From: Calditrichaceae bacterium
GTDB taxonomy: Bacteria; Calditrichota; Calditrichia; Calditrichales; Calditrichaceae
Assembly: GCA_024762535.1 (NCBI GenBank)
Contig: JANTHG010000001.1
Coordinates: 211 to 64,210, forward strand
Direction of reading: 5' to 3'
DNA length: 64,000 nt
The notes under the pieces were generated by a model, which saw only the letters and a list, made by a program, of their open reading frames with translations, made no database searches and had not been told where the DNA came from. Of the stretch, positions 26,640-36,671 are shown in pieces. How positions within the stretch are numbered: position 1 is the stretch's first letter; every line of letters begins with the position of its first letter. Position numbers and translations under genes: made by a program.

Positions 26640-28877
26640 ATGAATAAATTGTTAGTTACCTTCGCAATACTAACGACTCTGGTCGTTTCAACATTTGCGC
26701 AAATACCACGTGGCGCTTCTGATGAGCCTACCAGACAATCCTCAAAGTTTTTTAAATCAGGAGAGCTTTTTTCTCCAGAGGATGGTGTTTTTTATTATTC
26801 AACCACCACGTATACGTTTTCAGATCTGGTTGTTTTTAGCTATTTTGATGAAACAGATTTCTATATCCTAAATCAGAATGGTGAAAAAATTGACAGCGTT
26901 TCCCTGAATGAGGATCAATTTAAGGTTTTTCCTACAGGAGAAGGTATTTTTTCGGTAATTAGTACAAAGTCATTTACTGTTTTAGTTGGTGATCCGGTAA
27001 GCAGTAATGTGTTGGGTTATTTTGCAGTAGATGAAGCGGGTAGTCCCATTTCCACTAGATTAAATACGTATATGCCCTCTTCTTATACAACCGGGGAGCA
27101 TTTTATAATTTTTGCTTACCATGACGGGACCGAATTTGAGATCAGGAATTTACAGGATAACACAATAATATCTGCGGGAATTATAAACACCGGGGAACAT
27201 TTTCAGTTGGATGGCGCCAATAGTACCTTTATTGGTGTAAAAGCTAATAAACCCGTATCAGCTTTAAGTTACACAGATCAGGGCTATTATATTCCGGCTA
27301 CGAATGGTACTTTTGCCGGTACCCACTTTTATGGTTTTTCCGGTTATGTGGGGGGGTGGCCAAATGGTATCGTTATAACGGGTTATCAGGATTCAACCAA
27401 TTATACCATTTGTAATTCAGAAACCGGTGCCCTGTTAGATAGTGGTAAAGTAAATAAAGGCCAAACAATAAAACTAACAACTTCTACCGATACGTATTTC
27501 GAAGTTGTTACGGATAATCCTGTAACGGTTTCTAACATCCCTTATGCTGCTTATTCGGACAGTTACTATTATATGGTTCGCCAAATAGATGAAAGCGGAC
27601 TCGGTATAGGAACTAATTTTTATACACCGGTTATTTCCGGGCAACTTGACGTTTTTTCCTTTGACGATGCCAATGAGATTACGATTTATTCTCTGACGTA
27701 TGCAGATACAATCTGGTCCGGTATCTTAGATGAAAAGGATAATTACCATTTTGATTGTAATTATGGTATTTACCACATTTCTTCTACAAAAAACATTTCA
27801 GTCATTTCATCGTGGGGTGGTGCCTGGGGAGCCGATTTTGTGCCGTTGAATTTCAGCCTTGGATTACCGGATTTGTCAATCTCTTCACAAGATATTTTAT
27901 TTGACCCGGAACCAGAAACATTACACGGGGGCGATCCTGTCACATTAAAGGTTAAAGTACACAACTGGGGGTATATAACAGCACCGAATGTGGAACTACA
28001 GTTCTATGATGGTAATCCGGATGGGGGACAAGCCATTTCAGAAGTACTTGTTGCAGATTCTATTTCTGCAGGTTCTGAAGTAGAATTTGAATATAATTGG
28101 ATTATTCCGGAGTATGCTGAATATCACTCCATTTACGTGGTAGTGGATCAGAAAGATATGATTAGAGAATCGAATGAATCTAATAACATGGCTTCGAAAT
28201 CTTTAATTCCAAATGATGATTTATTGCCACCCTTAAGCACGGTAGTGGATGCCCCTACCGCTGTTCCGGTGGATGAACAAAATAAACCCGAATTTAGTCA
28301 ATTTAAGGTAATGCTTGATCTTTTCAATACAGGAACGGTTGCTGCCACTAATGTTCGGGCAACATTAATGCTACCTACTCATCTAAGTTTACAGGATACC
28401 GCTCTGCGTTCTATTGTTTGGGATGAAATGCAACCCAATGCACATATAGATTCCAATTGGACGGTTACCATTGATAGTGTTCCTCCGGCAGATGCTTTTT
28501 TCTATTCTATAATGGTTACAGCTGACAGTGTAATGCCCAAAAACATTGAACGAATGTTGCTGATAAAACGTCCGGTAGGAATTAATGGCGGCACACACTT
28601 CGGGGAAATTCCATCGGAGTTTGGGGTATCTCAAAATTATCCCAACCCATTTAACCCCGTTACAAAAATCAGCTATCAGCTTCCGGTTGCCAGTCAAGTC
28701 CGTTTAACCGTATTTAATGCTTTGGGTCAAAAGGTTCATGACCTGATAAATACAAAACAACGGGCAGGGGAGTACTCTGTGTTTTTTAAAGCTGGTAATC
28801 TTTCAAGTGGGATTTATTATTATCGTTTAAAGGCCGGGGATAATGTTTTTATACGAAAAATGATTTTACTCAAATAA
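26640..28877 (+). CDS. secreted CARDB-domain protein with T9SS C-terminal sorting domain
   Basis: AGGAG lies upstream of ATG 26640, which opens signal peptide [21 protein letters not shown]. The CARDB-like segment is [11 protein letters not shown]...[21 protein letters not shown]...ESNESNN. The C-terminus is [17 protein letters not shown]...GIYYYRL. Confidence 0.85.
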   Translation: MNKLLVTFAILTTLVVSTFAQIPRGASDEPTRQSSKFFKSGELFSPEDGVFYYSTTTYTFSDLVVFSYFDETDFYILNQNGEKIDSVSLNEDQFKVFPTGEGIFSVISTKSFTVLVGDPVSSNVLGYFAVDEAGSPISTRLNTYMPSSYTTGEHFIIFAYHDGTEFEIRNLQDNTIISAGIINTGEHFQLDGANSTFIGVKANKPVSALSYTDQGYYIPATNGTFAGTHFYGFSGYVGGWPNGIVITGYQDSTNYTICNSETGALLDSGKVNKGQTIKLTTSTDTYFEVVTDNPVTVSNIPYAAYSDSYYYMVRQIDESGLGIGTNFYTPVISGQLDVFSFDDANEITIYSLTYADTIWSGILDEKDNYHFDCNYGIYHISSTKNISVISSWGGAWGADFVPLNFSLGLPDLSISSQDILFDPEPETLHGGDPVTLKVKVHNWGYITAPNVELQFYDGNPDGGQAISEVLVADSISAGSEVEFEYNWIIPEYAEYHSIYVVVDQKDMIRESNESNNMASKSLIPNDDLLPPLSTVVDAPTAVPVDEQNKPEFSQFKVMLDLFNTGTVAATNVRATLMLPTHLSLQDTALRSIVWDEMQPNAHIDSNWTVTIDSVPPADAFFYSIMVTADSVMPKNIERMLLIKRPVGINGGTHFGEIPSEFGVSQNYPNPFNPVTKISYQLPVASQVRLTVFNALGQKVHDLINTKQRAGEYSVFFKAGNLSSGIYYYRLKAGDNVFIRKMILLK

Positions 28878-28902
28878 GTTTGTATTGATTAAATTGTAAA
28901 AA

Positions 28903-28946
28903 AAAGATGAACGCTTGTTTCCTTTGATGATCGTTCATCTTTTTTA
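28903..28946. terminator. bidirectional terminator between convergent T9SS-cargo gene and pfkA
   Basis: AAAGATGAACG ... CGTTCATCTTT stem with an 18-nt loop. It is flanked by an A-run upstream and a T-run downstream. Confidence 0.65.
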
Positions 28947-28960
28947 TAGAAAGTTTGTTT

Positions 28961-30058
28961 CTAATCGCCTAAGTTCATTCCGATTCCGCGGGCTGTTTTA
29001 ACCAGCTGATCGTCCGGGCCAATTCGATTGTATGTAGCGATCACATCTTTTATGGGAAGCCCTACAATATTGGGATGTTTGTATGCTACCATTTTTCCGT
29101 AATCTTCATCCAGCACCATTTCCATAGCTTTTACACCAAATTGAGTAGCAAGAATACGGTCATAGGCATTGGGAATACCACCGCGCTGCAGATGTCCCAA
29201 AATAGTAACACGTACATCGCTTTCACATCCGGCGTCTTTCAGTTCTTTTTTAAGCCGGGAAGCGGCTCCACCTAAATGCTTATGGGCATAACCCACTTCA
29301 TCCAACTCTTCGGCGACCACATCGCCGCCTACGGGCATAGCGCCTTCGGCTATAACTATAATTAAAAAGCCCCGGCCAAACACAATCCGCTCGTGGATGC
29401 GTTCCATAATACTATCCACGCTGTAGGGGATTTCAGGAATCAGGCAGACTTCGGCGCCACCAGCAATGGCGGAGTGCAAAGCAATCCAACCGGCATCCCG
29501 TCCCATCACTTCAAGAATAAAAATGCGATTATGGCTTTCGGCCGTGGTTACCAGCTTATCCACGGCATCGGTCGCTATTTCCACGGCTGTCTGAAATCCA
29601 AAAGTAAAATCCGTGCCTGCCAAATCATTATCAATCGTTTTGGGCACGCCGATAATATTCAACCCTTTTTCATAAAGCCGTTGAGAGATGCTTTGGGAGC
29701 CATCGCCGCCGATGTTAATAACGGCTTCGATATTTTGATATTGCAATTTACGTAACATTTCATCGGAACGGTCCACACTACCCCAGGTGCCGTCTTTTTC
29801 CTTAACCGGCCAGGCAAAGGGCCCGCCCTTATTGGTAGTGCCGATGATGGTACCGCCTTTTACATGAATACCGGAAACTTTTTCTTCATTTAAAACTATT
29901 AATTCCATTGGTTCGCGTAAAACGCCGTTAAAAGCCTGATATGACCCCACAACTTCCCAATCCCTTTCCTGAGAAGCGCGTTTTACAACGCCGCGAATTA
30001 CTGCGTTTAAACCCGGACAATCGCCGCCGCCTGTGGCTACCAATACACGTCTTTTCAT
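28961..30058 (-). CDS. pfkA: 6-phosphofructokinase
   Basis: VATGGGDCPGLNAVIRGVV, NIGGDGSQ, GVPKTIDNDL and MGRDAGWIAL motifs. Confidence 0.9.
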   Translation of the reverse strand: MKRRVLVATGGGDCPGLNAVIRGVVKRASQERDWEVVGSYQAFNGVLREPMELIVLNEEKVSGIHVKGGTIIGTTNKGGPFAWPVKEKDGTWGSVDRSDEMLRKLQYQNIEAVINIGGDGSQSISQRLYEKGLNIIGVPKTIDNDLAGTDFTFGFQTAVEIATDAVDKLVTTAESHNRIFILEVMGRDAGWIALHSAIAGGAEVCLIPEIPYSVDSIMERIHERIVFGRGFLIIVIAEGAMPVGGDVVAEELDEVGYAHKHLGGAASRLKKELKDAGCESDVRVTILGHLQRGGIPNAYDRILATQFGVKAMEMVLDEDYGKMVAYKHPNIVGLPIKDVIATYNRIGPDDQLVKTARGIGMNLGD

Positions 30059-30212
30059 AATTTCCTCTATCTTTTTATTCTAACTTTCGTTTTTTTCTGA
30101 TTCGAAGTATAAATAATAGTCGGATATTCTGCAATTTAAATTAGCGAAAAATAAATAAAGAAAATTTTGAATCAATGGGGGTACAGACCTAAATTTATTT
30201 CGATGTTTTAAA

Positions 30213-32216
30213 ATGAAAGTAACCATGGAAAGTATCCGCCTGTTTAAACGTTTATTACGTACGTATCTTCTACCGCAGCTCAAAGAGCAGCCGCATTACT
30301 CTTTATCAGCCGAATCGGCCCGGGAATTTTTACTTCTGTTAAGCAAAGATTCTGCAAGCGATTCTCTTCCGCAATCGCAAAATAGTTCTTCACATACCCG
30401 TTTTTTCAGGCACATGTTAGCGCTCATCCCGGAAGAGCTTAAAACCTGGGCCAAAGCGCATCCCGAAACGCTCGCACAGGTTAGGCAAGCGTTGCACTAT
30501 CCTACAGAACAGGCACAACAGGCTTTGTTTTCGCTTTTCTTTCCGGAAGGTCTTACCCTGCTGGATGAAACGAACCGTGAACAGGCTATTCATGCTCTCC
30601 GCCAAAAACGGTTAGTTTCCGTAGAAGAGCTTAATCCGGATCCGCTGGTCGATCCGCTTTCTGAAATGATTTTTACTTCTAACCTGCTCATAACGTCTCC
30701 ACTGAATCCGAATCCGGATGATTGGTTTGTTCCGCAGGAAATAAAGCCTGCGCTCCGGCAGGTACAAAACGAAGCGCAATTATACTGGTACGATCATCCC
30801 ATCCCCATGGGTATGACGCCTCAAAATAACGAGGCCGTGTATGGATTGAACGGCTTACAGGAAATGCTGAAAAAGGAAGCCGGAGCCGAAGGACGCAAGC
30901 TTACCGTGCTGCTGTCTGCTTCTGCCACACATGCCGGATTGCGCCCTTTAATCAAACCCTATTTTGATTTTTTACTTTCAAAGGTGCCGGCCCTGCCCCA
31001 TCTTAACATGTATATTTTTACAGAAGATGATGTCCGCGTTTTATTAGAAACGGTTTTAAAGCCCATTGCTGAACGCCATTTTCCTGCCGCAGATTTTAAA
31101 GCTTTGCAGGATGTGTTGGGAGTGGACGGTGAATATGGCCGGCATTATTCCTTTTTAAAAGCAATCGCCGCGTTTTGGCAGGTATTTTTAAATCCGTACG
31201 CTAAAGCCACTTTTAAAATCGATTTGGATCAGGTATTCCCCCAGGATGCCTTAAAACAGGAAACCGGTAAGAGCGCACTGGAACATTTCAAAACGCCGTT
31301 GTGGGGCGCTATGGGACGTGACAGCAGTGGGCAGCCGGTGGAGCTTGGTATGCTGGCCGGCGCTTTGGTAAACCAAAATGATATTTCAAAATCCTTGTTC
31401 ACATCGGATGTGCGTTTTCCGGGAAAGCATACGCATTGCGAAGAACAGCTTGTTTTTTACAGCCAACTGCCACAGGCGCAGTCCACGATGGCGGAAATGA
31501 TGACCCGCTATGATGACGCTCAGCCGGATGGAAAATCCACCGCTTTGCAGCGTATTCATGTTACCGGTGGTACAAACGGTATTTTGCTAAATGCGCTGCG
31601 TAAACATCGTCCTTTTACACCCACATTTGTGGGACGCGCGGAAGACCAATCGTATATTATGTCGGTTTTATTTGGCAGGCAGCCGGCCCTGCGCTATGTG
31701 CACGAACCGGGATTAATTATGCGGCATGATAAAGAAGCCTTTGCCGGTGACGCCATCAAAGCGGCATCCGCGGCTAAAATAATCGGCGATTATTTACGAA
31801 TATTGACGTTCACGGAATACGCACGCGCTCTGCCCTGGCCGGAGGATGATATTAAAAAAGAATTAGACCCGTTTACCGGCGCTTTTATTTCCCGATTGCC
31901 GTACACCGTAGTAAGTTTGCGTTTTGCCCTGAAAATTTTGGAAATCAATCGAAGCGAATCGGCCCGGGCAGCCGATGCCTTCGCCCGTTTGGGTTCCGAA
32001 CGTTTAAATGCCTGGATGGAACGTTATCCTGCAGGCAGCAATCTGCTAAAGAAAACTTTTAAAAAGGAGCAACAGGCCTGGAAGCTTTTTTACGATATTT
32101 TAGATAGGGCGGAACAGGAGCGGGAACAGCAAAGCGCCTTGTGGCTGCAGGTAAAACAGGCGGCTCAACGTTTGGCAGAACAAATTAAAATGACACGAGC
32201 AGCGTATGAAAATTAA
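30213..32216 (+). CDS. uncharacterised 667-aa protein (possible GT-A-like fold, very tentative)
   Basis: Long ORF with no signal peptide and no motif I can name. FKIDLDQVF and GRAEDQSYI are faintly reminiscent of DxD/ED glycosyltransferase motifs. Its 3' end overlaps the next gene by 11 nt. Confidence 0.65.
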   Translation: MKVTMESIRLFKRLLRTYLLPQLKEQPHYSLSAESAREFLLLLSKDSASDSLPQSQNSSSHTRFFRHMLALIPEELKTWAKAHPETLAQVRQALHYPTEQAQQALFSLFFPEGLTLLDETNREQAIHALRQKRLVSVEELNPDPLVDPLSEMIFTSNLLITSPLNPNPDDWFVPQEIKPALRQVQNEAQLYWYDHPIPMGMTPQNNEAVYGLNGLQEMLKKEAGAEGRKLTVLLSASATHAGLRPLIKPYFDFLLSKVPALPHLNMYIFTEDDVRVLLETVLKPIAERHFPAADFKALQDVLGVDGEYGRHYSFLKAIAAFWQVFLNPYAKATFKIDLDQVFPQDALKQETGKSALEHFKTPLWGAMGRDSSGQPVELGMLAGALVNQNDISKSLFTSDVRFPGKHTHCEEQLVFYSQLPQAQSTMAEMMTRYDDAQPDGKSTALQRIHVTGGTNGILLNALRKHRPFTPTFVGRAEDQSYIMSVLFGRQPALRYVHEPGLIMRHDKEAFAGDAIKAASAAKIIGDYLRILTFTEYARALPWPEDDIKKELDPFTGAFISRLPYTVVSLRFALKILEINRSESARAADAFARLGSERLNAWMERYPAGSNLLKKTFKKEQQAWKLFYDILDRAEQEREQQSALWLQVKQAAQRLAEQIKMTRAAYEN

Positions 32217-32577
32217 AAAATTTTTAAGCAGTACCGGTATAGAAATTTGGGTAGGACAGGATGATTACAGCAACGATGAGCTTTCCATAAAAATAGCCCA
32301 TCCTAATGATATCTGGTTCCATGTAAGCGGCGCACCGGGCAGCCATGTACTGTTACGCTGCGGCGAAACCGGTATGGAAGCGGATAGGGAATCCGTCCGT
32401 GAGGCGGCTGCTCTCGCTGCCTGGTATTCCAAACAAAGAAACGGCGGGAATGTGGCGGTTCACCACTGCCTGGCTAAATATGTAAAAAAACCACGCGGGG
32501 CCAAACCGGGTACGGTTACTATTTCCAAAGAAAAAAAAGTTAAAGTGCGCCCTGCGCTACGGGATGAAATAAATTGA
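32206..32577 (+). CDS. stand-alone NFACT-R / DUF814 domain protein
   Basis: GIEIWVGQDDYSNDELS...DIWFHVSGAPGSHVLLR...AAALAAWYSK......V.......VKKPRGAKPGTV matches the C-terminal RNA-binding domain of RqcH/FbpA-type proteins. Confidence 0.8.
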   Translation: MKIKKFLSSTGIEIWVGQDDYSNDELSIKIAHPNDIWFHVSGAPGSHVLLRCGETGMEADRESVREAAALAAWYSKQRNGGNVAVHHCLAKYVKKPRGAKPGTVTISKEKKVKVRPALRDEIN

Positions 32578-32580
32578 GAA

Positions 32581-32760
32581 ATTTTGGATTTTAGATTTTA
32601 AATGAGATGGATTGGAGAGTTGTTATTGGGTTATTGAGTTATTAGCTAAGTCGAGCGATTGTTGATATAAACCCAACCTCGCGCACGTCATTGCGAGTCC
32701 CGCGTGAGCGGGACGAAGCAATCCCACAGGGGCTTGCACCGAGCCGCTCGCTTTCGCTCA
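32581..32760. repeat. composite intergenic repeat cluster, copy B
   Basis: Five modules are present:
- ATTTTGGATTTTAGATTTTAAAT at 32581-32604.
- TGTTATTGGGTTATTGAGTTATTAG at 32621-32645.
- TCGAGCGATTGTTGATATAAACCCAA at 32651-32676.
- CGTCATTGCGAG-hairpin-GAAGCAATCC at 32686-32724.
- CGCTCGCTTTCGCTC at the tail. Confidence 0.65.
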
Positions 32761-32849
32761 ATGTCCCCGTTTCTATGAGGGAATTGGATTCAAAGGTGTC
32801 ATGATTATTAAGGACAGCTATCAAGCATAACATAACTGAAAGGAAAATT

Positions 32850-33461
32850 GTGAAAAAAGATATAGACGCGATTATTTTCGATTTGGGACGGGTGCTGGTA
32901 GATATTGATTTAACGAAAGGTGTATTTAAATACCTTCCCGCTCTGGAATCGGGACAGGATGAAAAGGTGCTTAATCAACTCTTTCGCGATACCGTGTACA
33001 GAGAGTATGCCGAAGGCCGTATGCCTGTGGAAGAATTCTACCAACTCTTTTGTGAACGTGCAGGCCTGACTCTGGATTTTCCCTCGTTTAAAAAAGAGTG
33101 GAATGCTGTTTTTAGGCCTATGAGGGGGATGGACGTAATAGTGCGTGAAACAGGTAAAAAATTTAAATTGGGCTTACTGTCGGATATTGGACCTTTGCAC
33201 TGGGAACATTTATATAACGAAATGCCTTTATTGCAAAATTTTGCCAATCCTGTGCTTAGCTACCGAATAGGCTTTTTAAAGCCCCATCCGCAAACCTATT
33301 TACTGGCAGCCGATAGCGTGGAAACTTTACCCGGACGTTGTTTGTTTATTGATGACAGGGCTGTTAATGTGGAAGGTGCGCAAGCCGTTGGGATGCAGGC
33401 TATTCAATTTCAGAATCCGGCTCAGCTGCGAACGGATTTAAAAGCTCTGCATATTCTGTAA
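32850..33461 (+). CDS. HAD-superfamily hydrolase (subfamily IA)
   Basis: GTG start. Motif I is AIIFDLGRVLV, motif II is LLSD, and motif IV is FIDDRAVNVEGA. Confidence 0.8.
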   Translation: MKKDIDAIIFDLGRVLVDIDLTKGVFKYLPALESGQDEKVLNQLFRDTVYREYAEGRMPVEEFYQLFCERAGLTLDFPSFKKEWNAVFRPMRGMDVIVRETGKKFKLGLLSDIGPLHWEHLYNEMPLLQNFANPVLSYRIGFLKPHPQTYLLAADSVETLPGRCLFIDDRAVNVEGAQAVGMQAIQFQNPAQLRTDLKALHIL

Positions 33462-33529
33462 TTGTAACTTTAGAGAAACGTGTTCATCTTATTTCCTGAA
33501 GATGAGGACCAAAAAGAGAGAATGTAAAC

Positions 33530-33835
33530 ATGGATATGGATCAACTGATTAAGGATATGCAGGGTAAAACAGTGCATATTATGAGCCCGAAATATCTGGA
33601 TGCTATTTTGAAATCCTGCGAAATTTTATTGGAACGGGACACTCTGATTTCCGGCTTTATCCGCATTTTAAAATATAAAGATTATTTTTTAACCCAGGAG
33701 ACCAGCGATAAAAATGAGCTTATTTTACGGCTGTACAACTCCCGTGAGGAAGCCGACGCACTGGTCGCCGATCATCTGGACACGTATGATCAGATGTGGG
33801 ATGGCTGCGGATGTAAGGTGGATTACTACTCCTGA
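33530..33835 (+). CDS. hypothetical 101-aa protein
   Basis: This is the only ORF in the interval. No recognisable motif. It ends ...WDGCGCKVDYYS. Confidence 0.45.
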   Translation: MDMDQLIKDMQGKTVHIMSPKYLDAILKSCEILLERDTLISGFIRILKYKDYFLTQETSDKNELILRLYNSREEADALVADHLDTYDQMWDGCGCKVDYYS

Positions 33836-33855
33836 GTTGAGCGTTTCAAACGACG

Positions 33856-34527
33856 TTACATACGAATTACCTGTTCTTCTATAGCCGCGGTTGTAAAGGG
33901 TTGATAAGCCGTATGCAATGCACGCATGGTTTGGTTTAAATACGAATCATCCACTTCCGGTGGACAGAAAAAAACAGCCAAAACGCTTTTGGTTGAATCT
34001 GTAATCGAAGTGCGTAATGAATCGGCTGTCGGATTACCAAAAATGCCTTGATCATCCCGTAAAATCAATTTACCGTTTGCATGAATTTCCGGATTGCTGA
34101 TCCCCTGATAGGTTTCATCTTCCTTCCCCACATCCATTCGTATTTGCCCTTTTAATTTAGACGTATCATACAATCCCATTGGCAGATGAAAACGTGCGGA
34201 AATTAAATTGCCATAATCAACCAGGTTGTTAATGCGGTACAAACCTTTACCGTTCAGCAAACGTCTCACCAAAGCTTCGGAGGAAGGCCGGTAGCGGGTA
34301 GGTTCCCAGCCGATACGGCGGTACATGCGACGCACATGACTAACCACTTCATCTTCAGCCGGACGGTGGTTCTTGAATTTATTCTGAAGAAAATCCACGA
34401 GTTCTGCCAGGTGCTGATCAAATTCCGCACCTGGCTTGTGTACGGTTACGGAATGCGCGGACACGATGCCGAGCTTTAAACCGCTGATCTTTTCTTTAAT
34501 TATTTGAGTTGCCTGAATAGATGTCAT
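33856..34527 (-). CDS. B3/B4 tRNA-binding-domain protein (PheT-related)
   Basis: RRIGWEPTRYRPSSEALVRRLLNGKGLYRINNLVDYGNLISARFHLPMGLYD is the B3_4 domain pattern. The start is either ATG 34527 or ATG 34551. Confidence 0.75.
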   Translation of the reverse strand: MTSIQATQIIKEKISGLKLGIVSAHSVTVHKPGAEFDQHLAELVDFLQNKFKNHRPAEDEVVSHVRRMYRRIGWEPTRYRPSSEALVRRLLNGKGLYRINNLVDYGNLISARFHLPMGLYDTSKLKGQIRMDVGKEDETYQGISNPEIHANGKLILRDDQGIFGNPTADSLRTSITDSTKSVLAVFFCPPEVDDSYLNQTMRALHTAYQPFTTAAIEEQVIRM

Positions 34528-34538
34528 CTTGTACTCCG

Positions 34539-35729
34539 TTAAACCAAACAAATTTTACCCAAAACAGCCGGACGGGAAGCGCCGGTGGCCTGAGGAATAT
34601 TAGAAGGTTGGGCGTGGAGGGTTTCGTTAGCCAAAATGGCAAAACCAATGGCTTCCTTAAAATTTTCATCCAGACCAAAATGCTGTGCCGGCTGTACCGG
34701 AACGGGATCGAAATAGTGTTGTAAGCGGCGCATTAAAAAATCGTTTTGCGCGCCGCCGCCTGCTACAACAAGCGTATCCGCCTTCAGTTGAGGCCGGATA
34801 AACAAGCGGTAATTCTCAAAAATACTGAAAGCGGTATATTCCGTCAAATTGCGTAACAGATCCCGGCTGGAAAGATTCCACTTTTGCGCGTGTTTGAGAA
34901 TCTCTTGAAAATAAGCGTCGCTGTACTGCTCACGGCCCGTGGATTTCGGCGGCGCGAGGTGTAAAAAGGGATCCCTCTCCTGCAAAAAAGAAAAAAACTC
35001 CGTATGCATTTCGCCGCCTTTGGCATATAAACCGCGGGTATCGTAGGGTTCCTTAAAAAAATATTTACTCGCCTGATCCAAAAGCATATTTCCGGGACCG
35101 CAATCGAAAGCCTGCACTTTGTCCATATTCTGGTTGGCGGGAATGGCGGTAACATTGGATATACCACCGATATTCAATGAAATAATATTTTGTTTAAAAC
35201 GGGAAAAGAACAAATAATCAAAATAGGGAATCAGCGGCGCGCCCTGCCCGCCCAGCGCCACATCCGCTACCCGAAAATCACCAATAACCGGAATCCGGAC
35301 ATGTTGCGCCAATACAGAAGGATCGCCCAGTTGCAAGGTAGAAGAAATGGATGCATCTTCAAAAGGCTGAGCTTCCGGTTGATGCCAGATGGTTTGTCCG
35401 TGACTACCGATTAAATCAATATCTGCCGCTTTTATTTTATATTCATCCAAGAATAGCTCAATCTGCTTCGCCCAAATCCGGGCTAAATAAAAATTTAACT
35501 GACTCAGGGTTTGCAGCGAAAGTTCCGGTGTGTGCAAAAGATTTAAGATAAACTTTTTTTGCCCGGGACTATAGGAATAGGTTTGTCCGTGCACTAAAGA
35601 AAATTGTGTATTCCGTCCACTATTTTCAACCCGTACCAAAGCGATATCCAATCCGTCGCAGGATGTACCGGACATCAGGCCGATAATTAAACGTTCGGGC
35701 TTATTAATGAGTTTGAGAATCGGATGCAT
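34539..35729 (-). CDS. anmK: anhydro-N-acetylmuramic acid kinase
   Basis: IIGLMSGTSCDGLDIALV, IGSHGQTIWH and FDCGPGN motifs. I prefer the ATG at 35729 (MHPILK). Confidence 0.88.
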   Translation of the reverse strand: MHPILKLINKPERLIIGLMSGTSCDGLDIALVRVENSGRNTQFSLVHGQTYSYSPGQKKFILNLLHTPELSLQTLSQLNFYLARIWAKQIELFLDEYKIKAADIDLIGSHGQTIWHQPEAQPFEDASISSTLQLGDPSVLAQHVRIPVIGDFRVADVALGGQGAPLIPYFDYLFFSRFKQNIISLNIGGISNVTAIPANQNMDKVQAFDCGPGNMLLDQASKYFFKEPYDTRGLYAKGGEMHTEFFSFLQERDPFLHLAPPKSTGREQYSDAYFQEILKHAQKWNLSSRDLLRNLTEYTAFSIFENYRLFIRPQLKADTLVVAGGGAQNDFLMRRLQHYFDPVPVQPAQHFGLDENFKEAIGFAILANETLHAQPSNIPQATGASRPAVLGKICLV

Positions 35730-35922
35730 CAATAAAAGGTTCCTGTTTAAGCAAAAAATTATTTTAGTAAGGAAAGGTGAAACAATCAAAAAAAAAGAAA
35801 GTTTGGCAATGGAATGATTTTATGGAGTAAAATTTTTAATAAGACAGGATTTCTGGGTAGTTTAACTAAAATTTAGTAGTTGGTTTTCGGATACGAAAGA
35901 CTATTTAAAAAAAGCCCATCGG

Positions 35923-36447
35923 TTATCGTTTACCAATGGACGGTTCGGGAATAAGATGGCGTATCTCCTTCATCAGCATTTTAAAGGTATGGCTGCCATT
36001 AAGTTCCTTTAAAAGAATACCTTTGTCATTAATGATAAAAGTAGTTGGCAAGTCGTTAAAGGACCCGTATTTGGTAATTAATTCTTTATTGCCTAACAGT
36101 ATGGGATACGTCACTCCTGTAAGCTTTACTATATTTGGAATATCATCGGGATTTGAAACAACGGCAATACCCAATACCTGTACTGAAGAATCTTTATATA
36201 TTTGATGAATGCGCTCTAAGATAGGCATTTCGCGCAGGCATGGTGTGGCCCAACTGGCCCAAAAATTGAGAATAACCAATTTCCCCCTGAATTCTTTTAA
36301 CGAAAGTCTTTGACCGTTTAAACCAGGAAGTGAAAAATCCGGAGCCTGTTGGGATGGAACCGGTACTGTTCGTCCCGAGTAGGAAGAAAACGATGTAAGG
36401 AATATATAAATTAATACGCTGAGTAGAATGTATATTGTTTTTTTCAT
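35923..36447 (-). CDS. TlpA/ResA-like thioredoxin-fold protein with single-Cys (ATPC) active site
   Basis: N-terminal membrane anchor. APDFSLPGLNGQRLSLKEFRGKLVILNFWASWATPCLREMP has the TlpA pattern, but WCxPC is replaced by WATPC. This is the only Cys in the protein. Confidence 0.8.
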   Translation of the reverse strand: MKKTIYILLSVLIYIFLTSFSSYSGRTVPVPSQQAPDFSLPGLNGQRLSLKEFRGKLVILNFWASWATPCLREMPILERIHQIYKDSSVQVLGIAVVSNPDDIPNIVKLTGVTYPILLGNKELITKYGSFNDLPTTFIINDKGILLKELNGSHTFKMLMKEIRHLIPEPSIGKR

Positions 36448-36671
36448 AACCAAAGTTTTCCGTCATTGGGTAAATATAAACTATTGATTTTGAGTGCAAA
36501 AAGGATACCAGAGAAGAGATTAAAGTTTTCGGGATATTTTCAATTAATCCCTCAAACATGTGTAAATTATCTTTACATATATTGTTTGTCAATAGTTTTT
36601 TACCATTTTATTTAGTTGTACTTTTAGGTGAAATATTTTATTTTTGCTTTGTCTATCAACGAGGTTTTTTT

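Noticed and set aside
26431-28960. tRNA-Leu as an integration site for the AT-rich CARDB/T9SS gene
   Set aside because: There is no integrase, and I could find no repeat of the tRNA 3' end downstream near 28.9 kb. The tRNA has its own terminator. Low GC alone is insufficient evidence.
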